Assembly (NCBI GenBank): GCA_002104945.1
Contig: MCFH01000029.1
Location: 310,001 to 374,000 of the forward strand
DNA length: 64,000 nt
From: Piromyces finnis finn
Lineage: Eukaryota > Fungi > Neocallimastigomycota
Direction of reading: 5' to 3'
The notes below the pieces were generated by a model. The model was given only the letters and a program-made list of their open reading frames with translations, was not told where the DNA came from and made no database searches. Both the position numbers and the translations under genes were made by a program. Of this stretch, positions 32,296 through 45,352 are shown one piece after another (within the stretch, counting starts at the first letter, position 1; the number at the start of each line of letters is the position of its first letter).

Positions 32296-33482
32296 ATGGA
32301 TGATAAAGATAATATTAATTATAACGGTAAGCGTAAAACGAAGAAAAATGATATTAAATGTACATATATTTTATTTATAGTAACATTAAATATAATTTTA
32401 CAATAAATATAAATATAAAAGTAGTAACAAATCAAACAGCAAAAAAAAAGAAAAAAAGAAAGAAGAAGAAGGTATATATTATGAATACTTATTAAAAAAA
32501 AAAAATTAAATTTCATTTATAATAAGTTTAAAATTGATCTTAATATAAATATATTTTTAATATTTAGAATTCTTCAAAAGATTCAGAAAGAAATGAAGCG
32601 GGTATTTGAATATATAATTCTTCAAATTTGTTATAATATTAAAAAAGAATTGTATAATTAAATATTTAATTTATTAATTAAAATATAGTTATTGCAATGA
32701 AAAATAATATAAGACAATTTTGGAATAATCTGCCATCAAGCAAACGTAAAGAATTAATAAATATTGAAAAGGATAATGTCCTTAAAAGATTAAAAAAGTA
32801 TGAGAAAAATAATATTTAGAAAAATAAAAATCAATTATCTTTATTAATCAATAACTTAAATTAATACATTTCATAGAGCACCAGCAACAAATGATATTGA
32901 CATTTTTTATGACATGTATTATGAAGAACTTGAAAATTTCTTGAAAGATGATGAAAATTGTAGAAGTAAAAATTTAAAAATATAACTTTAATTAATAAAT
33001 TGTTTAAATTAAAATGTTAAATAATATTCATTAATATTATAAATAAAGATGAATTTTTTTCTACAGAATCTGATAAATTCTTAAAAAGCAATGGAAATAT
33101 CCATGGTAATAAATATATATATATATATATTATTTAAAAATATATGTAATAACACAAAGATAATAATATTAACATAACTAAAATAGAAAAAGATATAATG
33201 CCATTAATTGAAGAAAGCTTATTAAACGAACAAAAATTTAAAGAATTAGCAAAAAAAATTAATAAAAAAAATTATACAATAGATACTGAAGAAGATGATG
33301 ATGTTGATGATTATCAAAATAATTCATTATCTTCAGATGAAAATGAAAGTGAATTAAAAGATATTGAGGATGAAGAAAATGATAATGAAAATAAGGAGGT
33401 AATTTTAATTATTAAGAAGTAATATAGTAAACACTACTCACCAGAAATATAATAGTACTATTTTAAAATATTATTTAGTACA

Positions 33483-33515
<33 letters not shown>

Positions 33516-35726
33516 TTATTATTGAATAAAAAAAAATTAATAAAAGGAATTAGAATCTTATCAAATGAAGCAAGTTAATCAAGTATTTCATGTTATATCA
33601 ATAAGAATGTTTGAACATAGAATCTTACAAGCATATAAAGACCATGTAAGAACTATATTTTTTTATATTGATAAATAATAATTAATTTTTAATAAATATT
33701 ATATATTTTATATAATATAATAGATTGCATACCTTAATCAACAAAGATTATTTAAAGAATTGGAGCAGGAAAAATCAATAATAAATGAAAAAGAAAAAAA
33801 TAGAGCAAAAAAAAATGAAAAAAAACGAATAAAAAAACAAATAGATAAATTAAAAAAATCACAGAGTAATGATGATGATAATATTCAAAAGGTAGTTTTA
33901 AATAATAATAAATGATAATAATTTATTTTTTATATTCCTAATAAAAATATTAATCTTAAAAAAAATAGCTTCAAAAAGATATTAATGAATTACAACAAAA
34001 AAGAGAAGAGCTTAAGAATAAAAATATTAAATTGGAAATTTTGATAAAAAAAAAGGATGATGAAAATATAAAATTAAAAAATATTATGGATAAATTAATA
34101 GCTGAAAAGAAAAAAGAAGTTAAAGACCAACAACAACAAAAACAAATTAAATTAAAATTGATTGATAATCAGCAAAATGAAGAAACTCATGATATAGATA
34201 GTAACAGCGAGATTTTAATGGTTCAAGCAGATAACTTAATTAATAAAGAAAGTAATATAAATAGTGTTGAGATTGGCAAGATAAATGAAATTCAAAATAA
34301 ATTTAATAAAATTGAAAATGAAATCGCAAATACTACAGATAACTTTAAAAATATAGATATTATTAAACCCTCAATAACAAATAAAGAATCAAAAAATAAA
34401 TATAATCTAAAAGTCGGAGTTATTGGTGAAAGTCGTAATAACAGTGAAACTAATTCAGAAAATGAATCACCATTTTCATGGATTAATGAAAATATTCATA
34501 TGAATATGAATACAAATACAAATAATAATTTATTAAATACTACACAAGATATTGAAGAGAACAATTATAATAATATTAATAATGATAATAATGATAATAA
34601 TAATAGTTCAATACTGCCAATTGAAACTGATAGTACATTTATGAATATGATTCCAAACACCAAATTATCTGAATCACTTCTTAATCAAAATATATTAAAT
34701 AATTCAACGCAATCATTATTAATGCATCAGCAACAATCGCTTATACCTAATAATAAAATAAATTATTCAAATAATATAGGAATATTTAATAAAGATATAT
34801 TATCAAATAGTATACCTTTATTAAATAGTCAAAGTGAAAGTGCTAATAATCAGTTAAATAACTCCTTATTAAATAATAATAATAGTCAATACTTTTCGGA
34901 ATCATTTAATAAAATACCCAACAATCAAAATAATATATCTTATTTCAATTATCAACAAACACCATTTTCATTATTATCAAATTCTCTCTCAAATACATAT
35001 CAAAGAATGACTTTAAATAATAACTCAAATTCTCTAAAAAATATTTCTAAGTCAAATTTATTATCCAATTATTCACCAACATACTCAATTACTAATCCAT
35101 TAGATTCTAACTTTTCTCCTTTTATGATGCAAAAGAGTAATTCTGTATCATCGATAATAAGTAATAATAGTAATAATACTTTTGGCATGTCAAATATAAT
35201 ACCAAGCCCAATTTTACCTAATAGCATAAAGCATAACAAAAATATTACTGATAATAATCATGAAAGTAATAATAATATAAATGATGAGAATCAGGAAGTT
35301 AGTTTTAATAATAACCACAATTCAGAATATAATAATTGTAATAACAATCTACTAAATAAATCAACAGAATCCAACAGTAATAATTTAAATAATAAAATGA
35401 TAAAAGAAGATGATATTCCAGTTTCAAAAATCAATAATATTAATGAATTAGTAAAAAAGAATTCCTTAATAGATAATGAAGATAATATCGAATTATCTAA
35501 TCAATTTAAGCAATTGAATTTAAAGGAAGAAATTGCTAACTTTCAACCAAATTTATTGAATTCAAAAGAAAGCAATAATTTAGAAATATCAGTAAAAAAT
35601 AGTTTTTCTAATTCAATGGAAGTGAATTCTGATTTATTAAATAATAGCATATATTCAGATGATATTCAAAAAATGAAAATGATGCTTTATCAGCAAGAAC
35701 AACAAAAACTCATAAGTTCATTATCA

Positions 35727-35769
<43 letters not shown>

Positions 35770-36502
35770 TATTTGTTACTGAACTTATTAATAATCCTCC
35801 GAATTCTTCTTTTATAAGTAAGTCTAATAATAAAAGAGATTAATCATAAAATATAAATTTAATATAATATGCTAATCATATATTCATATATATATATATA
35901 TACATAAATTCAAATAAAAAGTTAATAATGAATTAAATAATTCATATTCCAATAAAATGTTAAGTCCAATTCAAAATTCATTTCTATATATGAATGATCT
36001 CTCTTTGAATTCAAATAATAGTAATAATAATAGTAATATAAATAGTAATAATACAAATGCAAAATTCCCAATAGAATCAGATAACAAATTTGGTATATTT
36101 AATAATAATATGTTACCACATAACGTTTATTCTATGAATATGATGAACTTTAACAATCCAATGATAAATATAAATAATTCAGGACCATTTGACTATGTAA
36201 ATTTTCAAAATAATCTAAAGACTAATCAATTTAACACCAAAAATATATTAACTGACACTCTTGAATCATTATCTTCACCTATAAATGATAATAATACATA
36301 TTCAACATTTATGAATATTAATAATAATCAAGTAGCAGGTAATAAGCTGGAAGTAAAAAATGATAATAAAAGCAAACTAAATGTTGAAAATAAAACTAAT
36401 GAATTTTCATCTCAGAATAGTATAAATGATATGAATAGTAAAAAAATATTAATGAATAAAAATTCATTAGAAATTCTTCAATGCCTTTTAAAAAAGAAAT
36501 GA
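32296..36502 (+). CDS. NST1: Nst1-like stress-response / P-body-associated protein with a long Asn-rich C-terminus, multi-exon
   Basis: Spliced translation contains IRQFWNNLPSSKRKELINIEKDNVLKRLKK, FYDMYYEELE and RMFEHRILQAYKDHIAYLNQQRLFKELEQE, which correspond to Nst1 conserved blocks. A GTAAGT donor near 35818 links to the terminal exon. Confidence 0.75.
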
Positions 36503-36967
36503 AACTAATATAAATTATTTATTTCTTAAATTACTATTAATAAGGTTTTACCTTTTTTTTTTTTTTTTTTTTTCTAATGTGGTATAATAAATAAATAAAG
36601 CACAAAATTAGTATTTATTATTAACTTATGAACAACTTTTATTGGTTATTTCATATATTTAGTTAATAAAATAATTAGAAATTTTAACTTCATAATATTT
36701 ATCACATATTAATTATTTATAAATACAAAATGTTTAAATATAAATCAAATAAAAAAATAAAAATAAAAAAATTATATATATATACAATTTTAGTAAAACT
36801 TATTAAGTTTATAATAGATGTTTATATTTTTATTATAAAACTATTTTCTATGCTTGTCATATTAAATTTATATACAATTATTAAATATATTCTTTATCAT
36901 TTATCTTTTTATTATTTTTTTTTTATTGATGATATAACAATATTAATGTATATTTTTTAAATAAAAA

Positions 36968-38264
36968 TTATGATTCCAATATAATACGAGGTCTTTTATT
37001 CGAATAATTATCAAAATTATTATCATAAATATTTGAATTATTAAAACTCCTTTTTGGAGGCAAATGAGAAACATTTAAAGTAACTTCTTTATTTATTGGT
37101 GAGTATAAATTAAGTGAAGTAATATCATTTTTTTCTGAAATATCTTCGGAGTCAATATCAATTGAATATATGGATGAATATGACAATGATGAATAAGGCG
37201 ATGATATTTCATTTAACGATTCATTTTTAATTAAATTGATAAAGTATTGAGCTTCCTGTTTAGTATAATTAACCTGAAGTTCTGTGAAATTTTTTGGTAC
37301 TATAAAATTCGATACTGATTTTCTAAAAAGCATAGGATTTATATATGCGAATGCTATATTCATTTATATTTATATTTATATTAATATTTATTTTTTTTTT
37401 TTTTTTTTTTAATTTTGGATTTTAATATTTATATATATATTTATATTCTTACATGGGTTTAAAGTATACAACGCTTGTGTTATAGTAATTATTAAGGTTT
37501 GAGGTATTTGGATATTATTGTTAGTATACATGCACAAAGAATAACTTAAACGGTCTTTTATATAAACAAATAAATAATCTTCAAATATTTTTTTCAGTAT
37601 AACTGTTAAAGAGGTTTTGAGTTCTTCCATTATATAAGTTTTATTCTTTATTAAAAATGATTTATAATTATTAAAATATATTACAAAATATAAAATATAA
37701 TATTTTCTAAAACATATATATTACCAAATATGCAAAAATATTAATTATAATATCATAAGTTTTTACATAGTTTGCAACAATTTGGCTCAATATTGTTAGC
37801 CAAGTTTCATTTTGTTCAATAAAATTTAACTCTTTTATTGTTTCACTACAAAAATTACAATATATTTCTATTATATTATCATATAATAATTTTTTATGAC
37901 CTTGTCTACACAACGTATATACAATTCTATATTTGTATTAAATTGATATTTTAATATTTTATTTATTAATACATATTAATATAAATATAATGTATATCTA
38001 ACCTGTAAAGTTCTTCGTGTGAAAACAGACGCAAAGGAGTTGTTAACTGTTTATTATAATGTAGTACAACATCAACAAAATTTTTTAATATTGGAAAATT
38101 CTTATTATAATATGTCATATCTACCCAAAAATATATATATATTATATTACTATTAAATAAGAAATTTTTATATTAATAGATAATTAAAGAGGGAATATAC
38201 CATTATCAATATCACATTTATTTAATGGAAATTCATTTTTAAAGCTTACAATTGATTTAGGCAT
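36968..38264 (-). CDS. CACUL1-like (cullin N-terminal-repeat-only) protein, 5 exons
   Basis: FSHEELYRIVYTLCRQGHKKLLY...IFAYLNKTYIMEEL...TITQALYTLNPSFAYINPMLFRK parallels remembered human CACUL1 (ISYEQIYSCVYKCVCQQH...LFIYMNKFYIE...[22 protein letters not shown]). The start codon is uncertain. Confidence 0.7.
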
Positions 38265-40050
38265 AATCCTGATTAAATAATAAAGCAATATAATATAATT
38301 TATTAATTATTTTAAATTTTAAAAATATTATATATTTATAAAATAAAATAAATTGTAAATCTTTAAAACACTTTTAACTGAAAGATTAATTTCTTCTATT
38401 AGATAATACATTTTTAAATATTGCTAAAGTTAAATATTGTTGATATTTTTTTATATAGTAAATTATTAAAATTTATGAATTTTGAATATTTAACTAAAAA
38501 TAAACAAAAAATAATTATTTTTTCATTATAATAACTATTTTTACCGATTTCTTTATTTTTCTAATTTCATATTGTCAATTCCTATATGTTTATCATTGCA
38601 TTAACTTTTACAAATTAACTATCGAGATTGATATAAAATCACAAAACTGAATGTTTTTATATTAAATATTTCTTTATTGTAATGAAACATATTTATTACT
38701 ATCATTTTGAATAATAAAAGTTGATATTTTAAAATAAATAATTACTTTAATATAAAGTGTATGTTATATATTTATTTTTAAAGAAAAAATTAGATTATTA
38801 CTTTAAAATTCAATTGACTTAATGCAAAAAATATATATATATATAATATTAAGATTTACTATTTAATAATTTTTTATTATTTTGTTAAAAAAATTTTACC
38901 CAATAATATAAAAATGAAAAAAAAAATATAATAGAATAGAATAAATATTAAATATTATATAATTATTTGATTTGATTTATATTTTAACATATTGATAATA
39001 TAATCTGTTATATATTAAAAATGTTTAATCCAAAATAAAATTATATAAAATAAAATTATATATAATTTACTTAAAAAAAATTTAAAAAATGTATATTTAT
39101 ACATATATATTTAAATATTTCAAAAATGTTAACCTATAAAAATGTAATAATTCTTTGATTTTTATAATTTAGAAATCCTATTGAAGTTTATAATAATATA
39201 TTGTTATTATATTAAATATAATAATTATAATTAAAATAAAAATTAATTTTATAAATTAATATAGTAGAAATATTCAAATATTATAATCAAAAAAAACTAA
39301 AGTTTTTTAAATTTATGTTTTTAAAACTAGTAAATTAATTATATTAAAAAATATTCAAAAGTTCGATTAGAGGTGAAGCTGAGACTTTTCATTTATTACT
39401 TTTATTATTTTATAATTTTATTATTTTATTAATTTATGTTAAAACATTATCGACAAAAATAATTACTAGTTTTTATCTAATACAATTAATAATAACTTTC
39501 TATAAAAGGTACTATTTTTTACTGTTAAAAAATAAAAAAAGTATAATAAAACATAATTACATAAAAAATAATATAATTATATATATTTAAATGTTCAAAA
39601 TATTCAAATGCTATATATATTTTAACATATATTTTAAAATTTTAGTAAAAGATAATAAATTAATAAATAAATAATAATATTTATTTTTTGTATTTCTATA
39701 TTTCTTCTTATTTAATAACTAACCTTTTATATTTATTTATATTACTCTAATCCTTAATTCCTTAATATACATAAAAAATGTTACACAAAGCAAATTTTAA
39801 TAAGTTAATCAATATTAAGTAAATATTAAAATTTAAAATATTTTTTATTATTTATACATAAATGATCATAAAATATTGCTTATTATTATTATTCTTTAAA
39901 TAGCAATGATGTTTAATAATTATATATTCTTTTAACACTATTTTAAATAAACATATTTATAAATACTATTTTTTATTTAACAATATATATTATTTTATAT
40001 AAAAGAATTAAACTGAAATAAATAAGGGTATAGTTTTTTTTTTTTACTAT

Positions 40051-42627
40051 TTAATGTCTGTTTCTTTTATTATGTTTATCATAATCATCATCATCTTCCC
40101 ATCTTGATTTTGAATGCCTTTTATTATTTGAATGTCGACTACTAGCATGTGAATTATTATCATCATTAGGATCAATTTTTTGTTCTTCTATTCCTGATTT
40201 CTTATATTTATTATTCATAATTTTTTCTATTTGCTTTAATTCACGACTTAGCTTTTCATCTTGAGATTTACTGCTAGCTTTGTGCTGTGCTGACTTTTGT
40301 CTTCCTTCTGAAGATTTAACACCATATTGAAAAGCAGCTTTCGGAATTATAACACTATTATCTTTATACTGTTTCCATTCCTCTTCAGTATCAAAATCCC
40401 ATCTTTTTAATTGCCTTTGCTTATTTCTGTTTGTACCAAGATCCATTTGTGAATAACCATCATCATCTTCTGAGTCAGATGAATCAGAGTAATCCAATTC
40501 ATTGTCTTGTTCTTTTGATAATGGCTTAATTTTATTTGGAACATTTAAATTATTTTTATAATTTTCATAATCTTGTGATTTAATATTATCATTATCCAGA
40601 TTATAATTAGAAAGCTTTGATGGCTTTGTATCAATATTTGATTGCCATGTATTTAATTGCTCACTTTCATTAAATTCTGGTGGTCTTGAAGGACCAATAT
40701 CAATATTTGATTGCCATGTATTTAATTGCTCACTTTCATTAAATTCTGGTGGTCTTGAAGGACCAATATCAATATTTGATTGCCATGTATTTAATTGCTC
40801 ACTTTCATTAAATTCTGGTGGTCTTGAAGGTCCAATATCAATATTTGATTGCCACGTATTTAATTGTTCACTTTCATTAAATTCTGATGGTCTTGAAGGA
40901 CCAACATTCTTATCTGATTGCCATAAATTCAATTTATTATTATCATTTTTATCATTAGTATTATTATTTGAATTATCAATGTTCATTTCAAAATTATTTT
41001 TATTATTATCAACACTTTTCATTATTTTATTATCATACTTATTACTCATAAGTTTTTCTAATAATTTTGAACCTTTAAATAATTCATTATTATTAATATT
41101 ATTAATATTATTCTCATCACTTTTATCTTCATTATTTTCTGTTGATCCAAAGTAATTTTTAACAATTAAGTTTTCCTTTTTATTTTCTGAATCCTTTTTA
41201 TCGAAATTTAGCTTATAATCTATACCAACATCATCAAAAATACTAATAAAATATTATATTAACATTAAATGATATAATTATAAGACATAAATATAATATA
41301 TTAAAATTATTTAATAGTTACTCTTCATAGTCTTCTGGTGGATTACTGATTTTCTCAAGTTTTTTCATTTTTTTTGTTTTTTCTTTTTCTTTTTTTTTAA
41401 TTTTTTTCTTTTCTTGAACTGATGAATTTTGAATATTTCTTATTCCAAGACGTACGTTTACCATGATTTGAGAAATTTTATCAATAACAAGATCATTTGT
41501 TGATACATTAAATTTATCCTATTTCATCATCATCCATTATTATCATTATTTTATTATTTTATTATTATTTTGTTATTTATTTAATATATTTTGTCTTACT
41601 TGATAATTTTTAATTTCTGCTTTACTTCTTTGCAATGTAATTGGTATATCGCTACTTCCAACATAATAACCGTTTTCTAATCCTAATTCCCAAACATAAG
41701 CCATTCTTCCTGCAATGAACATTTCATTTTTTAAAGGTAATTGTTCTTTTGGTTTTTCTACAGCCCAATAGTGAATATTCTTTGATATTACTGAATTGAA
41801 GGTTGGCTTTTTATTATCACCATGGATTTGTTCTACATATTCCTTAGCTTCATCATCTCTATTTTATTTTATTTTTTTTTAATTAAAATTATATAATAAA
41901 ATTGTTATTTAAAAATAAAATGATATGTTTACTGTGAATTTTACTATCTTATTACTTTTGTTTTTGTATTTTTTTCATTTCAAGTTCTTTTCTAACTTTT
42001 TGTAAAAATGCATAATCAAGACCTTTAACTAAATGCGTGTGAGATTCATCACCACCAAGATATTTTGATTGTTCATAAGTTAAAGTTTTTTCATTAATTT
42101 CAGTTTCACTTTAATATTATTTTGTTATACAATAAATACTAATTAGATAAATATATTTGTAAATTGCGCTTATATGTTTATTCACCTATTTTTATTTAGC
42201 ATTGAAAAAATTGCTTTAGTTTCCTCATAATCAGGATTCATTTCTTGACGTCTTTCCTTGGCACGATCACGATAATGCATATCCTCTTCCTCGTTAATAA
42301 GTTTTTTCCATCTTTATAATATTTAATTATCATTTAAATATAAAAATTAAAACATACATTTACTTTTAAAAAATATTTAATATATCATTATATACTGTTT
42401 TTTTGTATAACCTTTTTTTTGGTTTTGATTTAGAATTTTCATTTTTTAAGAATGAATTATCTCTTTTTGATGGCTTAAATTTATTGCTACTATATTTATA
42501 ATAAATAAATTAGTGAATAAAAAATTTAATATTATGTGAATATAATATTATTTCTATTCTAACAAAATTACGTTTTTTTTATAGGTTGTGGTGTCGTTAA
42601 TAATCTTCTAAAGTCGTCTTGATTCAT
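40051..42627 (-). CDS. IK: RED/IK splicing factor (Smu1 partner), multi-exon
   Basis: MNQDDFRRLLTTP; YRDRAKERRQ; SKYLGGDESHTHLVKGLDYAFLQKVR (RED_N); RWDFDTEEEW...PKAAFQYGVK..EGR (RED_C). Confidence 0.93.
40629..40935 (-). repeat. 69-bp (23-aa) coding tandem repeat, about 4.4 copies, in RED
   Basis: QLNTWQSNIDIGPSRPPEFNESE repeated; the DNA copies are nearly identical. Confidence 0.95.
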
Positions 42628-42950
42628 TTTAATTATTTTTTAATTATTATTTATAAGATGAGTAAAAATTAAAATTATTATTAATTTATAATAATTGAAA
42701 CATTAATTAATTTTATACAATACCATAAATTATTGCATACTCACATGCATCCACATGCATCCAGAATATATTATCAATGATATTGTTAATAAATGTATAT
42801 TTATATTGTTGATTAATTGTTTGTAGTTATGATTGGACAAAGCCACTTACTTAAATAATATTATGATTTACTATTATGTGTTTACTTAATTTTTGATAAA
42901 ATTTTTTTTTTTCCCTCTCTCTTTTTAATTGATAGTATATTAATATTAAA
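42628..42950. promoter_or_regulatory. Probable bidirectional promoter shared by head-to-head RED and RPS29
   Basis: Only 323 bp separate the two ATGs. Contains tandem CACATGCATC x2 (42742-42761), ATGATTGG (42829-42836) and a pyrimidine tract at about 42902-42927. Confidence 0.5.
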
Positions 42951-43298
42951 ATGGCTCACGATCAAGTTTGGTTCTCTCACCCACGTCGTTACGGAAAGGG
43001 TTCCCGTTGCTGGTAAATATTGAAAATATGTGGATATTTATTTAAGCAAATTAATTATTAGAAAGGTTTTAATTTTGAATAATGGATGTATTAATATATA
43101 ATAGCCGTGTCACCGAAAATCGTGCTGGTGTTATCCGTAAGTACGGTTTAAATCTTTGCAGACAAGCCTTCCGTGAATACGCCGAAGACATTGGTTTCCA
43201 CAAGGTAAGCATAATTAATGAAATATACATTTTTATTAATATGAATTACATAGTTAATTATTAACTTTAAATTTTATAAAAAATATTAGTACCGTTAA
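42951..43298 (+). CDS. RPS29: 40S ribosomal protein S29 (uS14), 3 exons (42951-43012, 43105-43204, 43290-43298)
   Basis: [56 protein letters not shown], 56 aa, with strong C-ending/CGT codon bias. Confidence 0.97.
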
Positions 43299-44045
43299 TT
43301 TCATATTAATGTATTATGCCGAAAATGTTTAGAAAAATAAGACGAAAGTCGGGAAAAAAAGAACATTTTCAATTATTTTAAACTTAATAAAATGAGCATT
43401 TTAAAATATATAAATAATTAGTGTAATAAAATAAATTTTTGTGTAAAATAGAGTTATATTGAGGGAAATCATTGAACGAGGGATTAGAAAATATGTTAAT
43501 AATAGATAGGTAAATAATGTAAAATTATTTTGTTGATTTGTTTTTTTAAGGAGGAAATGATATAGAGTAAAAATATATCTAATTAGAATATAAATTGTAA
43601 ATTAATGATTTATAAATTTTATAAATTTTCTGAAACACAAATAAATATATATTATAAAATTAAAAATAAGATTTTAATAGTTTAAAGTAATTAAGATATT
43701 TAAATATAAAAATAATTTCATAGTTTGCAAAAAAAAATTAATAAAACATTTTCAAATTTAAAAATGTTATTTATATTAATAGATCACATAACATAAATTT
43801 AATTTTTAATAGCCATACTTAAATATTTATAAAACCACAAAAAATAAATTTTATAACAGCATGATGTTACAAATAAATTTATGAAAATCTTATATCTATT
43901 ATGCAAAGTAAATATGATTGGCTAATAAATAATTTTATTTTCATGATTGGGTATAATTTAATATTGAATTTAACAAAAGATATGTAAATTCCAGTACCAA
44001 GTGCCTTCTTCCTCTTTTTCGACATCTTATCGATATTATTTGAAA

Positions 44046-44601
44046 ATGGTAAAATTAATGAATTATTAATAAAATGTGTATTTAATAAATTTTATTATTA
44101 GTCATTCATCAGTAAACTAATTAAATTTTAAATGTGTATATAAATAAATGCAACTCTTAATTAATAATATTTTAGGCCAAGGTAATTAATAAATATATAT
44201 TAATTATAGTAGGAAATATATTATTAAATATATTATATATTAAATATTTTAGCGTACTAGAAAGGTCGGAGTTTGTGGTAAATACGGTACTCGTTATGGT
44301 GCTTCCTTAAGAAAGCAAATCAAGAAGATTGAAATCAGTCAACACTCCCGTTACACTTGTCCATTCTGTGGTAAGGACGCTATTAAGCGTACTGCTGTCG
44401 GTATCTGGGAATGTAAGGGTTGCCGTAAGAGTATTGCTGGTGGTGCCTGGTCTGTTAGGTAAATAAAGCGATTTGACATATAATTGTTTATAGTAGAATA
44501 TAAGAAATTAATAAGTTTTATTTATTGTATATAATAGTACTACTGCTGCTGTTACCGTTCGTAGTACCATTAGACGTCTTCGTGAATTAGCTGAAATCTA
44601 A
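44046..44601 (+). CDS. RPL43: 60S ribosomal protein L43 (eL43/L37a), 4 coding exons (44046-44048, 44176-44181, 44253-44458, 44538-44601)
   Basis: [24 protein letters not shown]...[22 protein letters not shown]...[11 protein letters not shown]; the C4 zinc finger is intact. Confidence 0.97.
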
Positions 44602-44921
44602 GCTATAAAGATATATTTCTTATGATAGAAGATCATTTAATAAAATTTATTTATATTTAATTATAAATAAATAAAATTCATTTAAAAATAATAAAGCAAA
44701 TTGTGTGTAAGAAATTTGTGTTGATTTAGTTTATTTTTATGATGTTTTATTATTTAGAATTTTGTTAGTAAATGAAAAAGTAAAATAAATATATAGTATT
44801 TATGAAATTAAAACTTGGTAATTTTGATACTTTATTTTTTATTAATATTTAATTGTTTTTATTTAAATTTTTTAATAGATTTGCATATTTAAAATAGTAT
44901 TTTAAATTATGAAACTTGTAA

Positions 44922-45295
44922 TATTTCAAGATTTTATAATATATACTATTATATTTTTTAATATAATTTGTAAAATTTTATCTTAAGAATATTATAAGAT
45001 AGTTAATTTATATTATCTTATAACTTTTCTTATATAGTGTTTTTTTTTTGGAAAATTAAATTTAAAAATTAAAAGTTAATATTTTTAATCAATAATTTAT
45101 AATAATTTATGTTGCAACATTTTTAATTTGGAGATTTTATAATATTCACTTCATACTTTTCAATATAGTTTATATATTTTTATAATATATATTATTCATA
45201 TTTTTCAATATAATTTGTATAATTTTATCTTAAGAATACTATAAGATAATTAATTTATATTATCCTATAATTTTTCTTTAATATTGTTTTTTTGT
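44922..45295. repeat. Imperfect ~120-bp direct repeat (about 44922-45045 and about 45178-45295)
   Basis: Shared core AATATAATTTGTA.AATTTTATCTTAAGAATA.TATAAGATA.TTAATTTATATTATC.TATAA.TTTTCTT is visible in both copies. Confidence 0.75.
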
Positions 45296-45352
45296 TTTTT
45301 CGTTTTTTCGTTTTGTTTTATTTTATTTTTGGATAATTATATTCTTCATAAA

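Noticed and set aside
39355-39395. GTTCGATT resembling a tRNA B-box in a long intergenic stretch
   Set aside because: No A-box, cloverleaf stems or acceptor stem can be drawn.
44028-44035. TATCGATA (DRE-like) upstream of RPL43
   Set aside because: The same 8-mer also occurs in an intron (27751) and in coding sequence, so it is not promoter-specific here.
29927-44601. Three ribosomal protein genes within 15 kb and many RNA-processing genes in the window
   Set aside because: These functional classes are large and the genes are interspersed with unrelated ones. There is no evidence of a co-regulated cluster without synteny data.
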